This document shows positions 42,504 through 54,677 of a DNA stretch of 64,000 nucleotides, in pieces. Numbering within the stretch: the stretch's first letter is position 1; each line of letters begins with the position of its first letter. A program made the translations under genes and the position numbers. The stretch is from Alphaproteobacteria bacterium (lineage in GTDB: Bacteria; Pseudomonadota; Alphaproteobacteria; JAAXGF01): assembly GCA_963555825.3 (NCBI GenBank), contig CAUVXB020000002.1, forward strand, positions 2,400,001 to 2,464,000, written 5' to 3'. Under the pieces are notes generated by a model. The model had not been told where the DNA came from. It saw only the letters and a list, made by a program, of their open reading frames with translations, and ran no database searches.

Positions 42504-44606
42504 TCACGCGCCGCCGCCGTTCTTCTTGTCGGGCGGGACTTGAGCATCGCCATCGTCGCCTTGCTCGCGCTGCGCTTTTTCGAACATGTCGCGCGCCAGC
42601 TGCTGCTCGCGCTCGCGCAGGTCGTCGTCGGTCGTGCGCGGCAGCGGGCGGGGCCGCGCCGCCATCGGCGCCGGCTGGTCGAACTGGACCTCGATGCGGC
42701 AGTCGTCGCACATCTTGATGCGGTCGAGCGCGTCGGGGTCGCCCTGGAACATCGAATGATCGGCGAGCTTCTCGACCGTCCGCTCGATCGAGGCGCGCAC
42801 GCCGAACGGCTTGCCGCAGCGCACGCAGGCGAACGGCTCCTCGTCGTTGAGCACCGCCGCGTCGCGCGCGGCGGCGGTGAAGTTGAAGCGCGGCTCGAGC
42901 GTGATCACCGACTCGGGGCAGGTGTTGCGGCACAACCCGCACTGCACGCAGGCCTCCTCGCGGAAGCTGACCATCGGCCGGTCGGGGTTGTCGCCCAGCG
43001 CGCCGGTCGGGCAGGCGCCGATGCACGATAGGCACAGCGTGCAACCCTCGGTGTCGACCACGACGGCGCCGAACGGCGCGCCTTGCGGCAGCGGCAGGAG
43101 GTCGACCGGCGCCGGCGCGTGGCCGTGCAGATGGGCGAGCGCCATCATGGTGATCGTGCGTTTGCCGCCCATCGGAAGGAAGTTTCCTGCTTCCGGGGGA
43201 TCTATCTGTTCGAGACCGTAAAGCGCGGCGCACAGGGCATCGGGATCGGCGACGTCGATCAGCGCCACGCGGCCGGCGCCGTAGCCGAGCCCGCTCAACG
43301 CCGTCTCGGCGAGTTCGATCTGGCCCTCGAGCGCCGGCAGGTGGTCGCGATTGGCCGGCCCGACGAGGACGCGCAGCGCGGCCGCGCCATAGGCCAGCGC
43401 GGCGGCGAAGACGTCGAAGCCGAGCTGGGTCGCCTGGTTGAGCGCGAAGGGCACGACGCGCGCCGGCAGGCCGCCGCCGTGACGCGCTGCCATGTCGATC
43501 ATCTCGGCGCCGAATTCGGTGTCGTGGAACAGCAGCACGGGCGCCACGCCGCCGGCCTCGCGGTAAACGCCCAACAGCGTACGCAGGCGCTGGAACACCG
43601 CGTCGCCGGCCGGCATCGCATAGCTCGCCGCCCCTGTCGGGCAGACGCTGGCGCAGGAACCGCAGCCGGCGCAGATAAAGGCATCGATCTGGACATGATC
43701 GCCGGCCGAGGTGATCGCCGAGGTCGGGCAGACGTCGAGGCAGCGCGTGCAGCCGGTCTGCGCGCTGCGCGAATGGGCGCAGATCTCGGCGTTGTAATCG
43801 ACGTAGATCGGCTTGTCGAAGATGCCGACCATGCCGACCATGTTGTAGAGCGCCTTTTGGACCAGCGCCGGGTTGCCCGGATCGGGGTTGAAATAACCAT
43901 CGCGCTTGTCGGGTGCCGGAAACAGCGCGGGACCGCCGGTCAGATCGAGGATCAGGTCACAGCGCGAGTTGGCGCCGTTCTGCGCCGGCTCGAAGGCGAG
44001 CGCGTCGCGCGACGACGGCTTGGGCGCGGCATAATCGTCGACCACCAGCTCGAAGGCGCCAAGGTGGCCGCGCGCCGCCGAAATCGTGCCCTTGAACACC
44101 GGCACGTCCATCGAGCGTGGCGGCAGCACCGCCTCTGGGGCGCTCAACAGCACGGTGACGTCGAGCCGCCCGGCGAGCTGCTTGGCCGCCTCGATCGCGG
44201 TCTCGTCGGTGCCATAGACCAGCGCGACGCCTTCCGATTCCATGCTCACCGCCGGCGTCGCGGCGATCTCGAGAGAGGCCTCGGCCAGCAGCGCGGCGAT
44301 CTTCGCCGTGGCGTTCTTGGCCTCGTCCGACCAGCCGGCGGTCTCGCGGATGTTGACGAAGTCGACCGCGGCCCGCGGGTTGCTGTCGTCGGCCACCTCG
44401 GCGAACAGCGGCGCCTCCTGGGTGCAGGCGACGAGCAACGGTTCATCGCCGAGGACGGCGCGCTGGAATTCGCCGAGCTGCTTGCGGCAGAGCTGGGTGT
44501 GGACGGTCGGCGCAGCACCGCCGAGCGCCTTGGCGATGGCCGTGGCGTCGAGCGGCATCGAGCCCTCGCAATCGCAAATCATGAGCGTCTTGATCTTGGT
44601 GTCCAT
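42504..44606 (-). CDS. Multi-4Fe-4S protein usually associated with formate dehydrogenase clusters
   Basis: [23 protein letters not shown] and several CxxCxxCxxxCP motifs. Confidence 0.88.
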   Translation of the reverse strand: MDTKIKTLMICDCEGSMPLDATAIAKALGGAAPTVHTQLCRKQLGEFQRAVLGDEPLLVACTQEAPLFAEVADDSNPRAAVDFVNIRETAGWSDEAKNATAKIAALLAEASLEIAATPAVSMESEGVALVYGTDETAIEAAKQLAGRLDVTVLLSAPEAVLPPRSMDVPVFKGTISAARGHLGAFELVVDDYAAPKPSSRDALAFEPAQNGANSRCDLILDLTGGPALFPAPDKRDGYFNPDPGNPALVQKALYNMVGMVGIFDKPIYVDYNAEICAHSRSAQTGCTRCLDVCPTSAITSAGDHVQIDAFICAGCGSCASVCPTGAASYAMPAGDAVFQRLRTLLGVYREAGGVAPVLLFHDTEFGAEMIDMAARHGGGLPARVVPFALNQATQLGFDVFAAALAYGAAALRVLVGPANRDHLPALEGQIELAETALSGLGYGAGRVALIDVADPDALCAALYGLEQIDPPEAGNFLPMGGKRTITMMALAHLHGHAPAPVDLLPLPQGAPFGAVVVDTEGCTLCLSCIGACPTGALGDNPDRPMVSFREEACVQCGLCRNTCPESVITLEPRFNFTAAARDAAVLNDEEPFACVRCGKPFGVRASIERTVEKLADHSMFQGDPDALDRIKMCDDCRIEVQFDQPAPMAARPRPLPRTTDDDLREREQQLARDMFEKAQREQGDDGDAQVPPDKKNGGGA

Positions 44607-44818
44607 GGCTTCCTTCGCCCCCCTGGGACCGCGCGGACCGGCCGACGCGGCCCCCGCTTATAGCCGCTGAGCGGTTCGTTATCGACCGGGAATCGCCCCC
44701 CCGCCGCCGCGGCCCGGCTGTTACCCCTTGTCCCCAGCGATCTTATGGGCGATATTTGGGGCAAGGCGTGCTAAGGACAAGCGTCGTGGAGGACGAAACA
44801 ATTACCGCGCACACCGAA

Positions 44819-45808
44819 ATGATTGATCCGTTCGGCCGGCCGATTTCCTATCTCAGGGTTTCGGTGACCGACCGTTGCGACTTCCGCTGCGTCTACTGCA
44901 TGTCCGAGGACATGACCTTCCTGCCCAAGGCCGACCTGCTGACGCTCGAGGAACTCGACCGGCTGTGCAGCGCCTTCATCGGCCTCGGCGTGCGCAAGAT
45001 CCGGCTGACCGGCGGCGAGCCGCTGGTGCGGCGCAACCTGATGTGGCTCGTCGAGAGCCTGGGGCGCCACCTCGAGAGCGGCGCGCTCGACGAGCTGACG
45101 CTGACCACCAACGGCAGCCAACTGGCGCGCTTCGCCGACCAACTCTATGGCGCTGGCGTGCGCCGCGTGAACGTCTCGCTCGATACGCTGGATGCCGACA
45201 AGTTCCGCGCCATCACCCGCTGGGGCCGCTTCGATCAGGTCATGGGCGGCATCGCCGCGGGCCAGGCCGCCGGCCTCAAAATCAAGATCAACACGGTCGC
45301 GCTCAAGGGCGTCAACGAGGACGAACTCGACACCCTGGTTTCGTGGTGCGGCGCCGAGGGTCACGACCTGACGCTGATCGAGACCATGCCGATGGGCGAC
45401 ATCGATGGCGACCGGACCGAACAGTACCTGCCGCTCTCGGTGGTCCGCGCGCGCCTGCAGGAACGCTGGACGCTGACCGACATCGATTACAAAACCGGCG
45501 GCCCGGCGCGCTACACGGCGGTCGGCGAGACCGGCCAGCGGCTCGGCTTCATCACGCCGCTGACCCATAATTTCTGCGAATCGTGCAACCGCGTGCGGCT
45601 GACCTGCACCGGCATGCTCTACATGTGCCTTGGCCAGGACGACTCGGCCGACCTGCGCGCGCCGCTGCGCGCCAGCGAATCGGACGACGCGCTGATCGAC
45701 GCCATCCACGAGGCGATCGGCCGCAAACCCAAGGGCCACGACTTCATCATCGACCGCCGCCACGACCGCCCCGCCGTCGCGCGCCACATGAGCGTCACCG
45801 GCGGCTGA
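44819..45808 (+). CDS. moaA: GTP 3',8-cyclase
   Basis: [23 protein letters not shown]…C, C-terminal GG. Confidence 0.96.
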   Translation: MIDPFGRPISYLRVSVTDRCDFRCVYCMSEDMTFLPKADLLTLEELDRLCSAFIGLGVRKIRLTGGEPLVRRNLMWLVESLGRHLESGALDELTLTTNGSQLARFADQLYGAGVRRVNVSLDTLDADKFRAITRWGRFDQVMGGIAAGQAAGLKIKINTVALKGVNEDELDTLVSWCGAEGHDLTLIETMPMGDIDGDRTEQYLPLSVVRARLQERWTLTDIDYKTGGPARYTAVGETGQRLGFITPLTHNFCESCNRVRLTCTGMLYMCLGQDDSADLRAPLRASESDDALIDAIHEAIGRKPKGHDFIIDRRHDRPAVARHMSVTGG

Positions 45809-45949
45809 ACGACGGGCGCGCGGCGCCATGTATATCCGCTACATCACCTACGGCGGCAGATAGACGCGGACGATCGGCCCGCGACCCTCTGGGCGCGATG
45901 GCGCGCAACTGTTATATCTGCGCCGGACATCGGCGAAGGAGTGCCTGCG

Positions 45950-46568
45950 ATGCCACGCGCGACAGCCCGCGTCGACGACGCCGCGACGATCACCGGGGCA
46001 GTGCTCGAATTCTGGTTCGAGCGCGATATCGCGCCCGGCTATTGCGAGGTCCGGCCGGTGTGGTTCGAGAGCACGCCGGAATTCGACGCCGAGATCGCCG
46101 AGCAATTCGTGTCGACCTTACGAGCAGGCAGCGGCCGGCGCGCTCGATTACATGGCCGGCGCGGCCGAGAGCTGCCTCGCGCTGACCATCGTGCTCGATC
46201 AGTTCCCGCGCTGCATGTTCCGCGGCGACGCGCGGACCTACGCGACCGACGACAAGGTGCTGGCGCTCGCCAAACGGGCCATCGCGTGCGGCTTCGATGC
46301 GGCGCTGACGCCGCTGCAACGCTGGTTCCTCTACATGCCGTTCCAGCACGTCGAGGACCGTGCCGACCAACGCCGCTCGGTCGAATTGTTCGAGAGCCTG
46401 GGCGCCGACGCGGTGCACCGCTTCGTCATCGGCGCGGCGCGCAGCCACCGCGACGTCGTCGAGCGTTTCGGGCGCTTTCCGCATCGCAATGATATTCTGG
46501 GCCGCGTAACGACCGCTGAGGAGGCGGCGTTCCTGACCAGTCCGGGGGGGCGTTTTTGGCTCGCATGA
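45950..46568 (+). pseudogene. DUF924-family protein, one-base frameshift near 46117
   Basis: VLEFWF…FDAEI then LDQFPR…FLYMPFQH…FGRFPHRN in the next frame. Confidence 0.8.
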
Positions 46569-47412
46569 CCGAGGTTGACACGACGACGCGGCGCAAGGAC
46601 TGGGAAAGGTCGGCCACCGCCTGGGACGCCTGGTTCGACGTCATCGAACGCGCCACCCAACCGGTCAGCCAGCGCATGGTTGAGATGGCAGGCATCGGCC
46701 CCGGCAGTCGGGTGCTCGACTCGCCACCGGGACCGGCGAGCCGGCGGTGACCGCGGCGCGCCGGATCGCGCCCGACGGCCACGTCGTCGCGACCGACATC
46801 AGCCCGTCGATGATCGCCGGCGCCGAACGGCGTGCCGAGAATCTTGGCGTCGCCAACATCACCTTCCGCGCCGTCGCCGCCGAGGCGCTCGACGAACCGC
46901 CGGCGAGCTTCGATGCGGCGCTATGCCGCTGGGGCCTGATGTTTATGCCCGACATCGACGGCGCGCTCCGGCACATGAAAGACCTGATCCGCGACGGCGG
47001 CCGGTTCGTCGCCGCGGCCTGGGCCGAGCCATCGGACGTTCCCGCACTGAGCATCGATCGCCGCGTGCTTGTACCCTATTTCGACGGCGGCCACTTCGCC
47101 CATGGCTTTGACTACTTGAACGCGTTCCGTTTCGCCACGCCGGGCCTGCTCGAAGAGGTTCTTGCGGCCGCTGGATTCGGCGACGTCGCCTGCGAGCGCG
47201 TCACCGTTGTCTACGAGTTTCCGTCGGCAGCCGATTTCGTCCGCTTCCGGCGTGAAGTCTCAAGGATCGGCGCCGACATGGCCGAACGTCACCCGGCAGT
47301 CGTGGTCGAGGCAGCCTGGGACGCCGTGGCGGAAGCCGCCAGAGCGTACGCCGACACCGAGGGACGCATCCGAATGGAGAACGCGGCCCTTTGCGCTGTT
47401 GGCAGTCGCTGA
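46565..47412 (+). pseudogene. Class I SAM methyltransferase, frameshift near 46720
   Basis: RVLD|xATGTGEP motif split across frames; TDISPSM, FDAALCRWGLMF. Confidence 0.8.
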
Positions 47413-47449
47413 GAGTGCCATCCCAAGCACCAAGGGAGGTCACACACCG

Positions 47450-48199
47450 ATGAGTGAATTCGAGGGCAGGACGGCGGTCATCACGGGCGCGAGCCGCGGC
47501 ATCGGCCGCGACATCGCGCTCGGCCTGGGCGCGGCGGGCGCCAATGTCGTGGTCAATTATGTGGCGTCCGGCGAGGCTGCGGCGGCGGTCGCCGATGAAA
47601 TCCACGCGGCGGGCGGAGACGCGATCCCGTACCAGGCCGACGTCTCGCAATTCGCCGACGTCGCGCGCATGATGGCCGCCGCGCTGGACGCCTTCGGCAG
47701 GATCGACATCCTGGTCAACAACGCCGGCATCAACGCGGACGGACCGCTGCTCGAGCTCGCCGAGGCCGACTGGGACGCCGTCGTCGGCGTCAATCTCAAG
47801 GGCGCCTTCCTCTGCACCCAAGCCGCCGGCCGCGCGATGACCGCGGCCGGGCGCGGCCACATCGTCAACATCTCGGCGTTCACCGGGATCGATGCGCGCC
47901 AGGGCGCCGCCAACTACTGCGTCTCGAAGGCGGGCCTCAACATGCTGACCCGATGCGCGGCGCTCGAGCTCGCGCCCGCCGTTCGCGTCAACGGCCTGGC
48001 GCTCGGCTTCATCCGCAGCACGCTCGTCGAGGACGTGTTCAGCGCGAAACAGATCGCCGCCGTCGTCGACCAGACGCCGCTGGCGCGCTTGGGCGAATTC
48101 GAGGAGGTAACCGCGGCCGTCAAGTTCCTCGCCTCCGACGCATCGTCGTTCATCACCGGCCAGACGATCGTCATCGACGGCGGCCGGATCATGCGCTAG
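47450..48199 (+). CDS. SDR oxidoreductase (FabG-like)
   Basis: TGASRGIG, NNAG, YCVSK. Confidence 0.9.
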   Translation: MSEFEGRTAVITGASRGIGRDIALGLGAAGANVVVNYVASGEAAAAVADEIHAAGGDAIPYQADVSQFADVARMMAAALDAFGRIDILVNNAGINADGPLLELAEADWDAVVGVNLKGAFLCTQAAGRAMTAAGRGHIVNISAFTGIDARQGAANYCVSKAGLNMLTRCAALELAPAVRVNGLALGFIRSTLVEDVFSAKQIAAVVDQTPLARLGEFEEVTAAVKFLASDASSFITGQTIVIDGGRIMR

Positions 48200-48226
48200 C
48201 CCGGCCTAACAGGAACGGATGGAACC

Positions 48227-49231
48227 ATGACGACCGACCAACAGGCGGCGCCGAGCCGCGCGCCGATCGACCGGCACCTGAACGCCATGTACCCGGCAGT
48301 GGCGATGCTGGCGACGGTTCGGCTCGACGTCTTCACGCCGCTCGCCGACGGCCCGATGGACGCCGATCGGCTCGGCCGGGCGCTCGATCTCGGGGCCGAC
48401 AAGCTCTAACCGTTGCTCTACGCGCTGGTCATCGCCGAGCTGCTCACCGTCGCGGACGGCCGGTTCGCCAACACGGCGGCCGCCGATCATTATCTGGTGC
48501 GCGGCCGACCGGGCTATATCGGCGGCGGCCGGCGATTGCAGACCGACATCTGGCACACCGACCTCCGCACCGCCGAGACGATCCTGAGCGGCGCGCCCAA
48601 CGCCAGACTCGACTTTGCCGGCGTATCCGAGGCCGAACTGATGGACTTCTTCCGCGCCGAGCACGGCGGCGCGTTGGCCGAGGGCCGCGCGCTCGCCGAG
48701 GCGCTCGATCTCTGCCGGCACGACCGCCTGCTCGACGTTGCCGGTGGCTCGGGCGGGCTCGCGATCGGCGCCTGCGAGGCCTGCCCAAGTTTGCGCGCGA
48801 CCGTCGCCGACCTGCCTGCCGTCGTGCCGCTGACGCGGCGTTTCATTGCCGAGGCCGGCCTGGCCGAGCGGATCGACGCGCACGCCACCGACCTAATCGC
48901 GGATCCACCGGACGGCAGCTACGACATCGCCGTGCTGCGCAACTTCATCCAGGTCATTTCGCGCGACCAGGCGCGCCGGGCGTTGCGTCACATCGGCCAG
49001 GCGCTGGCGCCGGGCGGCGAAATCTGCATCGCGGGCTGGGTGCTCGACGATTCGGGCCTCGCGCCGCTCGAGATCGCGACCTCGAACTACGCCTTCCTCA
49101 ACGTCTACGACGAGGGCCGCGCCTATACCGAGGCCGAGCACCGCGACTGGCTCGCCGCGGCCGGATTCACCGACGTCGAACGCCACCTCGTCGCCGGCGG
49201 CAAGAGCCTGGTGACCGCGCGCAAGGCGTGA
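48227..49231 (+). pseudogene. O-methyltransferase with dimerisation domain, in-frame TAA at 48407-48409
   Basis: …ADKL*PLLYAL…LLDVAGGSG…DLP. Confidence 0.8.
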
Positions 49232-49697
49232 GCCAGATCGGCGACCGCTGGTCGTGTCTCAGTTTGAAATTCAGTCGAAACAACGCCCGGAACGTCGGCT
49301 GTTCAGCGGATCATGTCTGCGTTGCACGCGACAGCAGACCTTGGCGCGCGGTCATCGGCACAGCCGCTTTTGACCCGGAGCGGACTTTCATGGTGTTGGA
49401 CGCCAAGTCGATGCCATCAAACAAATTTCGAGCACGATGGGGAGTTTTTCCGTCACCTGCTGGTGTTGTCATCGATCGCCTCTCGCTCTATCATCGTCGG
49501 TAACCAGGAGGAATCATTCCGACTATCCTGGATAAATTTCCGCGTCGGGATAGGTCAGAGCATCGACCAGATTTTCCGAGTGGGCAATCAATTCCGTTGT
49601 GGACAGTGTGTATCGTCCCGGACCTTTGGGCTCGGCCCGCCGGTGGTGTGCTGGTGGCCGCCGGTGTGACTGGCATCGGCTAACGTAGGGGGCTCAC

Positions 49698-50267
49698 ATG
49701 AACAAGCTTTTGACCATGATTTCCGCCGTGGCGCTACTCACGGCCATCGCGGGTTCGGCATACGCCGACCAACATGAAAAGACCGTTTTCATCACGAGTT
49801 CGACCTTCAAGGGCAACCTAGGCGGGCTCGCGGGAGCCGACGACAAGTGCCAGGCGGAGGCGGACGGCCCGGCATCAATCGTTCCTTCCGGCACTTACTT
49901 GGCTTGGCTATCCGATGGAACCGACAGCCCCGATACCCGCTTCACCAAGTCTGCCCATCCTTACATGCTGCCCGATGGAACGAAGATCGCCGAAAATTAT
50001 ACCGATCTAACGGACGTATCCATCCTACACGCAATCACCATCGACTCCACCGGCAAAGCCCTCGGGCAACAACCGTTCTGGACGGGCACAAAGGCCGATG
50101 GCACAACCGCGCCACTATCCGTGACATGCACCGGGTGGAAGGACCCTTTACCTTATCATCATGGAATGCACGGGCAGACAAATAGGACGAACTCATCCTG
50201 GTCCACAATGCACTCTAACGATTCGTGCCGCAACAGATCCGCCCCTTTACTGTGCTTCCAGCAATAA
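49698..50267 (+). CDS. Secreted DUF1554/endostatin-lectin-like protein
   Basis: Signal peptide; VFITS…GNLGGLAGADDKCQ…AWLS…WTG…LLCFQQ. Confidence 0.7.
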   Translation: MNKLLTMISAVALLTAIAGSAYADQHEKTVFITSSTFKGNLGGLAGADDKCQAEADGPASIVPSGTYLAWLSDGTDSPDTRFTKSAHPYMLPDGTKIAENYTDLTDVSILHAITIDSTGKALGQQPFWTGTKADGTTAPLSVTCTGWKDPLPYHHGMHGQTNRTNSSWSTMHSNDSCRNRSAPLLCFQQ

Positions 50268-50449
50268 GGGACGGTCGCTTCCGGGATTTTTCCATACGCA
50301 GTGAGCCCGGCACCTCGTTGACCGCCTTGACCGCTTTCCTCAGCCGTCAGCGCGTCGACGCGAGCGCCAGGATGTCGTCCATGAATCTGTTGTAGAACAG
50401 GCCGGACCTCGCCATCCGCTGACACCGCGCTAACTTCTCCTATTGGCTA

Positions 50450-50685
50450 TGTGTGGACGGCCCCGATTTGGCAAGGGTTGTTTTGACGGTCATGCAAGTT
50501 GGTCGGGTGCGGCTATGTGTTCGGCCCGTTTGCGCGATACGACGATCGCTGGCCCTAATGCGATCCGCGGATCGGGTCCCAGTTATAAGCACGAGCTCAG
50601 TGGCTCCGTAGCCAAGACGGGTTTCTCCGATCCCCGGTGTTCGACCGGTCTTGCATTACCTCACGATCACCCTGCCAAAAGGGTT
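50450..50685 (-). ncRNA. Putative bridge/seek RNA region of element 2
   Basis: Colinear with 9232-9478; variable segments track the junction sequence. Confidence 0.7.
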
Positions 50686-50690
50686 TAATA

Positions 50691-51861
50691 CCAGTGAGCC
50701 TATGAAATCGCCTTCATGATCCATGGATAGGCGCAGAGGGTTCGCATACGATCCGGTTCTGCGATGAGGTCGATCCATGCTTGGCAACAGGCGTCGATGA
50801 TGGCCTCGGTGTCGTCGAGGACGCGGAGCGATAGGAAGCGTTCGCGTAGGTAGAGCCAAACCCGCTCGACGGGGTTGAGTTCGGGACTGTAAGGCGGCAA
50901 CAGCGCCAAGGTGACGTTGTCGGGGACGGTGAGGGCGCGCTCGTCGTGCCAACCGGCGCCGTCGCACATCATGACGGCGTGCGCATCCTGGTCCAGGGTA
51001 TCGGCGAAGTGTGCGAGAAACAGGTCCATGACCTTGGCGTTGACGCTCGGCATCACCAGGGTGACGTCGTCGCCGGTGTCCGGGCGCACGGCGGAGAAGA
51101 TGTAGGCCCACTGGTAGCCGATTTGACGCGTCCCGGGGGCACGCTCGCCCCTGCGCCACCACCGGTGACACACCCGGCCCTTGTTGCCGACGCGCGCTTC
51201 ATCCTGAAACCACAGCTGTAGGCGCTTGTCGGGATGCGCCGCGGCGGTCGCCTTCAGGATGTCGCGAAGCCCCCTTTTTTGAAGCGCTCCTGCGCTTCGG
51301 CGTCCCTTCGCGGGTGGCTCGGGCGCGCCTTCTGGCGGGAAAATCCCATCCGCCGTAGAACCCGGGTCATGCTCGAGGGGTGGTAGGTCTTGGCGAAGCG
51401 CTCCTCCAGCCAGCGGCACAGATCGGCCCGGGTCCAGGCGCAAACCCCGTCGCGCTCAGGCTCCGGCCCGGCGATGATGACCGCCGCCAGCGCCGCTTCC
51501 TCGTCTGCCGTCAGCCGCCGCGGCGAGTAGCCCTTTGGACGGTCGTGAAGCCCCTCCAATCCCTTTGCATTGTAACGAACAACCGCGTCGCGAAGCGTTT
51601 GGCGATCCATCCCCGCAAGCCGCGCGGCATCAGCCCGGGGCATCTCCTCCAAAGCATTCGCGATCCCATAGGCCCGCGCCGCCGCTCGACCGTACGATTC
51701 CACGCGAGCCCAGCGCCGAAGCTCCAAAGGCGTCAAATCATCCCGTATCTTGAGTGCTGATCCCATGACATCCCCCACATCTGGTGGGAGACCATAGAAT
51801 CACAATCCGCCATCATCCGCCATCAATGAATATCCCGAGAGTCAATTCAGGCGCTCACTGG
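50691..51861 (-). mobile_element. IS630-family element; transposase in two ORFs (51766 to 50700) joined by a probable -1 frameshift
   Basis: TIRs ccagtgagc / gctcactgg with TA duplication; AAAAAAG at 51274-51280; FQDEAR, DGAGWH, PPYSPELNPVE. Confidence 0.9.
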
Positions 51862-51876
51862 TATAAGACGTCTGCC

Positions 51877-52908
51877 TCAAGCGGCGGTGACCGCTGGCTG
51901 ACGGTAGGTTCCACCATTGGCGAGCAGCGCCCAGGCGGTTCGTGCGTTCTTGTTGGCCAGCGCCACGGCGGCGAGCTTGGTCGGTTTGCGCGCCACGAGA
52001 TCGCCCAGCCAAGGCCGTTTGGCGAAGTTCGTTCTTCGCCCGTGGCGTATCACCGTCATGGCGCCGGCGACGAGCAGCCATCGCAGGTAGTGGTCGCCCG
52101 CCTTTGAGATGCGCCCGAGCCGCTGCTTGCCGCCGGTCGATATCTGTCTGGGCACCAGACCGATCCAAGCCGCCAGTTCACGCCCCGATCTGAACACCGA
52201 AGGGTCGGCGATCGAGGCCGCCAGCGCACTCGCCGTGAGCGGTCCGATGCCGGGAATGGTCGCCAGACGTTGGCTGACCTGGTTCGCCCGATGCCAGGCA
52301 TGAATGCGCTGCTCGGTGATGGTGATCTCGCGCTCCAGCGACAGCAACTGCCGCGCCAGTCCTTCCAGGCATGTTCGTGCCAATGGCGGGATGCGTTCAT
52401 CGCCCTCATCAGCGATGACCGCGAGGAGTTCCTTCACCTGCGGCAGCCCGACCCGGGCGACGACCCCGAACTCCGCCATGTGCGCGCGGATCGCGTTGAC
52501 CAGCATGGTCCGCTGCCGAACCAGGAGTTCGCGCGTCCGGTGGTCCATCAACACGCTCTGCTGCGCGGCCGTCTTGACCGCCACGAAACGCATCGATGGC
52601 CGCGTTACCGCTTCGCAGATCGCTTCGGCATCCGCCGCGTCGTTCTTGTTGCGCTTGACGTAGGGCTTCACGTAAGCCGCCGGCATGATGCGCACCTCAT
52701 GGCCAAGCGCCCCGAGTTCCCGCGCCCAATGGTGCGACGTCGCGCAGGCCTCGATACCGACCAGACAAGCCGGCTGCTTGCTGAAGAACGGCACAACCTG
52801 GCGGCGCCTCAGTTGCCGGCGGATCACGGTCTCGCCTGAGACATCGACCCCGTGAACCTGGAAAACGTTCTTCGCAAGATCAAGTCCGATCGTGTTAACC
52901 TCGGTCAT
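51877..52908 (-). CDS. IS110-family DEDD recombinase
   Basis: IGLDLAKNVFQVHG…KNDAADAEAI…GLVPRQISTGGK; close homologue of 9479..10507. Confidence 0.95.
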   Translation of the reverse strand: MTEVNTIGLDLAKNVFQVHGVDVSGETVIRRQLRRRQVVPFFSKQPACLVGIEACATSHHWARELGALGHEVRIMPAAYVKPYVKRNKNDAADAEAICEAVTRPSMRFVAVKTAAQQSVLMDHRTRELLVRQRTMLVNAIRAHMAEFGVVARVGLPQVKELLAVIADEGDERIPPLARTCLEGLARQLLSLEREITITEQRIHAWHRANQVSQRLATIPGIGPLTASALAASIADPSVFRSGRELAAWIGLVPRQISTGGKQRLGRISKAGDHYLRWLLVAGAMTVIRHGRRTNFAKRPWLGDLVARKPTKLAAVALANKNARTAWALLANGGTYRQPAVTAA

Positions 52909-53143
52909 AGGACGGCTCCTTTGTAAGTGATCAGCCAACAGCTACCACTTCTGGCACCTAGATGCCGCGTGGGGCCGTCCACCCCATTACACCTGGACTC
53001 GATGGCTGCACCGGAACGATGACCGCTTTCGGACGATCGGCCGACATACCAGTCCGCTTCGTGCTTTCGAGCCACGTCAAATTTCAAACCGAGGCACTAT
53101 CCGCGCGCTTGGCCTGGCGGCGATTTCGCGCCATATTGGCGTC

Positions 53144-54025
53144 ATGGGCGATTATCTGCTGAAACCCGATCCGGCCGATCCCCGGCTGACCAACCGGGTC
53201 ACCGGGCGCGACCACGAAGGCAACGAGGTCGAGACCTCGGTCGTCGTCGAGCGGCCGCTGACGCTCTATCTCAACGGCCAGGAGATCGTCACCATGATGA
53301 CGATCGGCGACTTTCCCGGCTATCTGGCGGTCGGCTATCTGCTGAACCAGAACATGCTGCACGCCGACGACAAGATCACCGCGATCGACCACGACGACGA
53401 GATCGACACCGTCGTCGTGCGCACCAAGCGCAAGACCGACTACGAGAAGAAGCTCAAGAAGAAGACGCTGACCTCGGGTTGCGCCCAGGGCACCGTGTTC
53501 GGCGACGTCATGGAGCGCTTCGAGGCGATCGAGTTAGACCCGAACGCCATCGTGCGCACCTCGTGGATCTACGCTCTCGCGAAGCGGATCAACACCACCG
53601 AGAGCCTCTACCTCGCGGCCGGCGCGATCCACGGCTGCGTCTTGTGCGAGGAGGACCGGCCGCTGATCTACATGGAGGACGTCGGCCGCCACAACGCGAT
53701 CGACAAGATCGCCGGCTACATGTTCCTCGAGGGGATATCGCCCAAGGGCAAGCTGTTCTACACGACCGGCCGGCTGACCTCGGAGATGGTGCTCAAGACG
53801 GTGCAGATGGAGATCCCCATCCTGATGTCGCGTTCGGGCTTCACCGCCTGGGGCGTCGAGCTGGCGCGCGAGGCGAATCTCACGCTGATCGGCCGCGCCA
53901 AGGGCAAGCGCTTCATCGCGCTCGCCGGCGACGACCGCATCGTCTACGACGCCGACACCGCCAAGGCGTGGGACGAGCCCGCCGCCATCCAGCGCAAGGC
54001 GAGCCGCGCCGACGATGCCGCGTGA
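53144..54025 (+). CDS. fdhD: Formate dehydrogenase accessory sulfurtransferase
   Basis: [34 protein letters not shown]. Confidence 0.93.
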   Translation: MGDYLLKPDPADPRLTNRVTGRDHEGNEVETSVVVERPLTLYLNGQEIVTMMTIGDFPGYLAVGYLLNQNMLHADDKITAIDHDDEIDTVVVRTKRKTDYEKKLKKKTLTSGCAQGTVFGDVMERFEAIELDPNAIVRTSWIYALAKRINTTESLYLAAGAIHGCVLCEEDRPLIYMEDVGRHNAIDKIAGYMFLEGISPKGKLFYTTGRLTSEMVLKTVQMEIPILMSRSGFTAWGVELAREANLTLIGRAKGKRFIALAGDDRIVYDADTAKAWDEPAAIQRKASRADDAA

Positions 54026-54677
54026 GGCGAACGCCGGCGTCGCCGGCGTGCTCTTGGCTGGCGGGCTGTCGCGGCGCATGGGCGGCGGCGACAAGGCGCT
54101 GCTAGCGCTCGGTGGCGAGACCATCCTGGCGCGCGTCATCGCAAGGACCAAACCGCAGGTCGCCACGTTGGCGCTCAACGCCAACGGCGACCCGGCGCGC
54201 TTCGCGGGTTTCGGCCTGCCGGTGGTCGCCGACGTGGTGGAAGGTTTCGCCGGCCCGCTCGCCGGCGTGCTGACCGGCCTCGAATGGGCCGCCGAACACG
54301 CGCCCGATTGCGCCTGGCTGGCGAGCTTCGCGACCGACGCGCCGTTCCTGCCTGCCGACCTGGTCACGGGCCTCGTGACCGCCGTGACACGCGATGGCGC
54401 CGACATGGCCTGCGCGATGAGCGCCGGGCGCCACCACCCGGTGTTCGGCCTGTGGCCGGTGCGCCTCGCGGCCGAGCTGCGCCACGCCCTGGTCGACGAA
54501 GAGGTCCGCAAGGTCGACGTCTGGACCGCGCGCTACCGCCTGGCGGTCGCCGAATTTGCTTGCCAGCCGGTCGATCCGTTCTTCAACGCCAACCGCCCCG
54601 ACGACCTGGTCGAGGCCGAGGCGCTGCTCGCGCGCCTTGCCAAGTCGGGGGCCGCGCCAAATACCAAGGATCAGTGA
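54015..54677 (+). CDS. mobA: Molybdenum cofactor guanylyltransferase
   Basis: [32 protein letters not shown]; last residues come from a MITE. Confidence 0.93.
   Translation: MPREANAGVAGVLLAGGLSRRMGGGDKALLALGGETILARVIARTKPQVATLALNANGDPARFAGFGLPVVADVVEGFAGPLAGVLTGLEWAAEHAPDCAWLASFATDAPFLPADLVTGLVTAVTRDGADMACAMSAGRHHPVFGLWPVRLAAELRHALVDEEVRKVDVWTARYRLAVAEFACQPVDPFFNANRPDDLVEAEALLARLAKSGAAPNTKDQ

Larger units (their letters stand above)
50448..52989 (-). mobile_element. IS110-family (IS1111-type) element 2, with nested IS630
   Basis: Sub-terminal IRs gtggacggcccc / ggggccgtccac; TA core at both junctions. Confidence 0.85.

Noticed and set aside
44700-44770. Moco riboswitch or fifth family A copy upstream of moaA
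   Set aside because: Only a hairpin (ccttgtcccca/tggggcaagg) and short matching words; I could not match the Moco motif or the family A core
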